Source: Acidimicrobiia bacterium
GTDB lineage: Bacteria; Acidobacteriota; Vicinamibacteria; Vicinamibacterales; UBA2999
DNA: 56,047 bases
Assembly (NCBI GenBank): GCA_016871375.1
Contig: VFYY01000004.1
Location: 1 to 56,047, forward strand
Direction: 5' to 3'
A program made the translations under genes and the position numbers. Positions 55,950 through 56,047 of the stretch are shown in pieces (within the stretch, counting starts at the first letter, position 1; each line of letters opens with the position of its first letter). The notes beneath the pieces were generated by a model. The model searched no databases. It had not been told where the DNA came from and was given only the letters and a program-made list of their open reading frames with translations.

Positions 55950-56047
55950 TGTGGGTTCCGGAAATTCTGGCCGCTGGATTCCGGAAATTCTGGCCGGTGG
56001 ATCTGATGCCCCAGGTGAGGTCGGGTCGTCAAGCCCGAGGTGCTTGG
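55950..56047. mobile_element. Probable IS21-family terminal region (partial)
   Basis: Starts with TG and carries two tandem 23-bp repeats TTCCGGAAATTCTGGCCG(C/G)TGGA (55956-55978, 55979-56001), as in IS21 ends. No transposase is visible. Confidence 0.5.

Overview
A 56 kb, very GC-rich bacterial window with no rRNA, complete tRNA or CRISPR array. The gene repertoire suggests Acidobacteriota of the Vicinamibacteria type, by inference from the Oar-like TonB-dependent receptors, DUF6152 proteins, PQQ enzyme and GTAG...GTCCGGC palindromes. It begins inside the end of an IS630-like element and ends at an IS21-like terminal repeat. Between these lie an aromatic-catabolism cluster (Rieske oxygenase, PanB-like enzyme, two class II aldolases, Zn-dehydrogenase, aroE) and a phosphorelay with no output domain. 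There are also two TonB-receptor loci surrounded by exported versions of normally cytoplasmic enzymes, recQ, and a MarR-controlled pair of dienelactone hydrolases. A more AT-rich accessory tail carries a toxin-antitoxin pair and tRNA-Ser att-like remnants. The most striking unexplained structure is a CTAG-bounded miniature element in four copies. It carries a REP doublet whose 24-bp core is found in both orientations or deleted, and it coincides with TAG stop codons of host genes. Its REP unit is also translated in-frame inside the PanB-like enzyme. Also notable are a ~200-nt highly structured intergenic element and repeated 'ends-only' genes produced by internal deletion.
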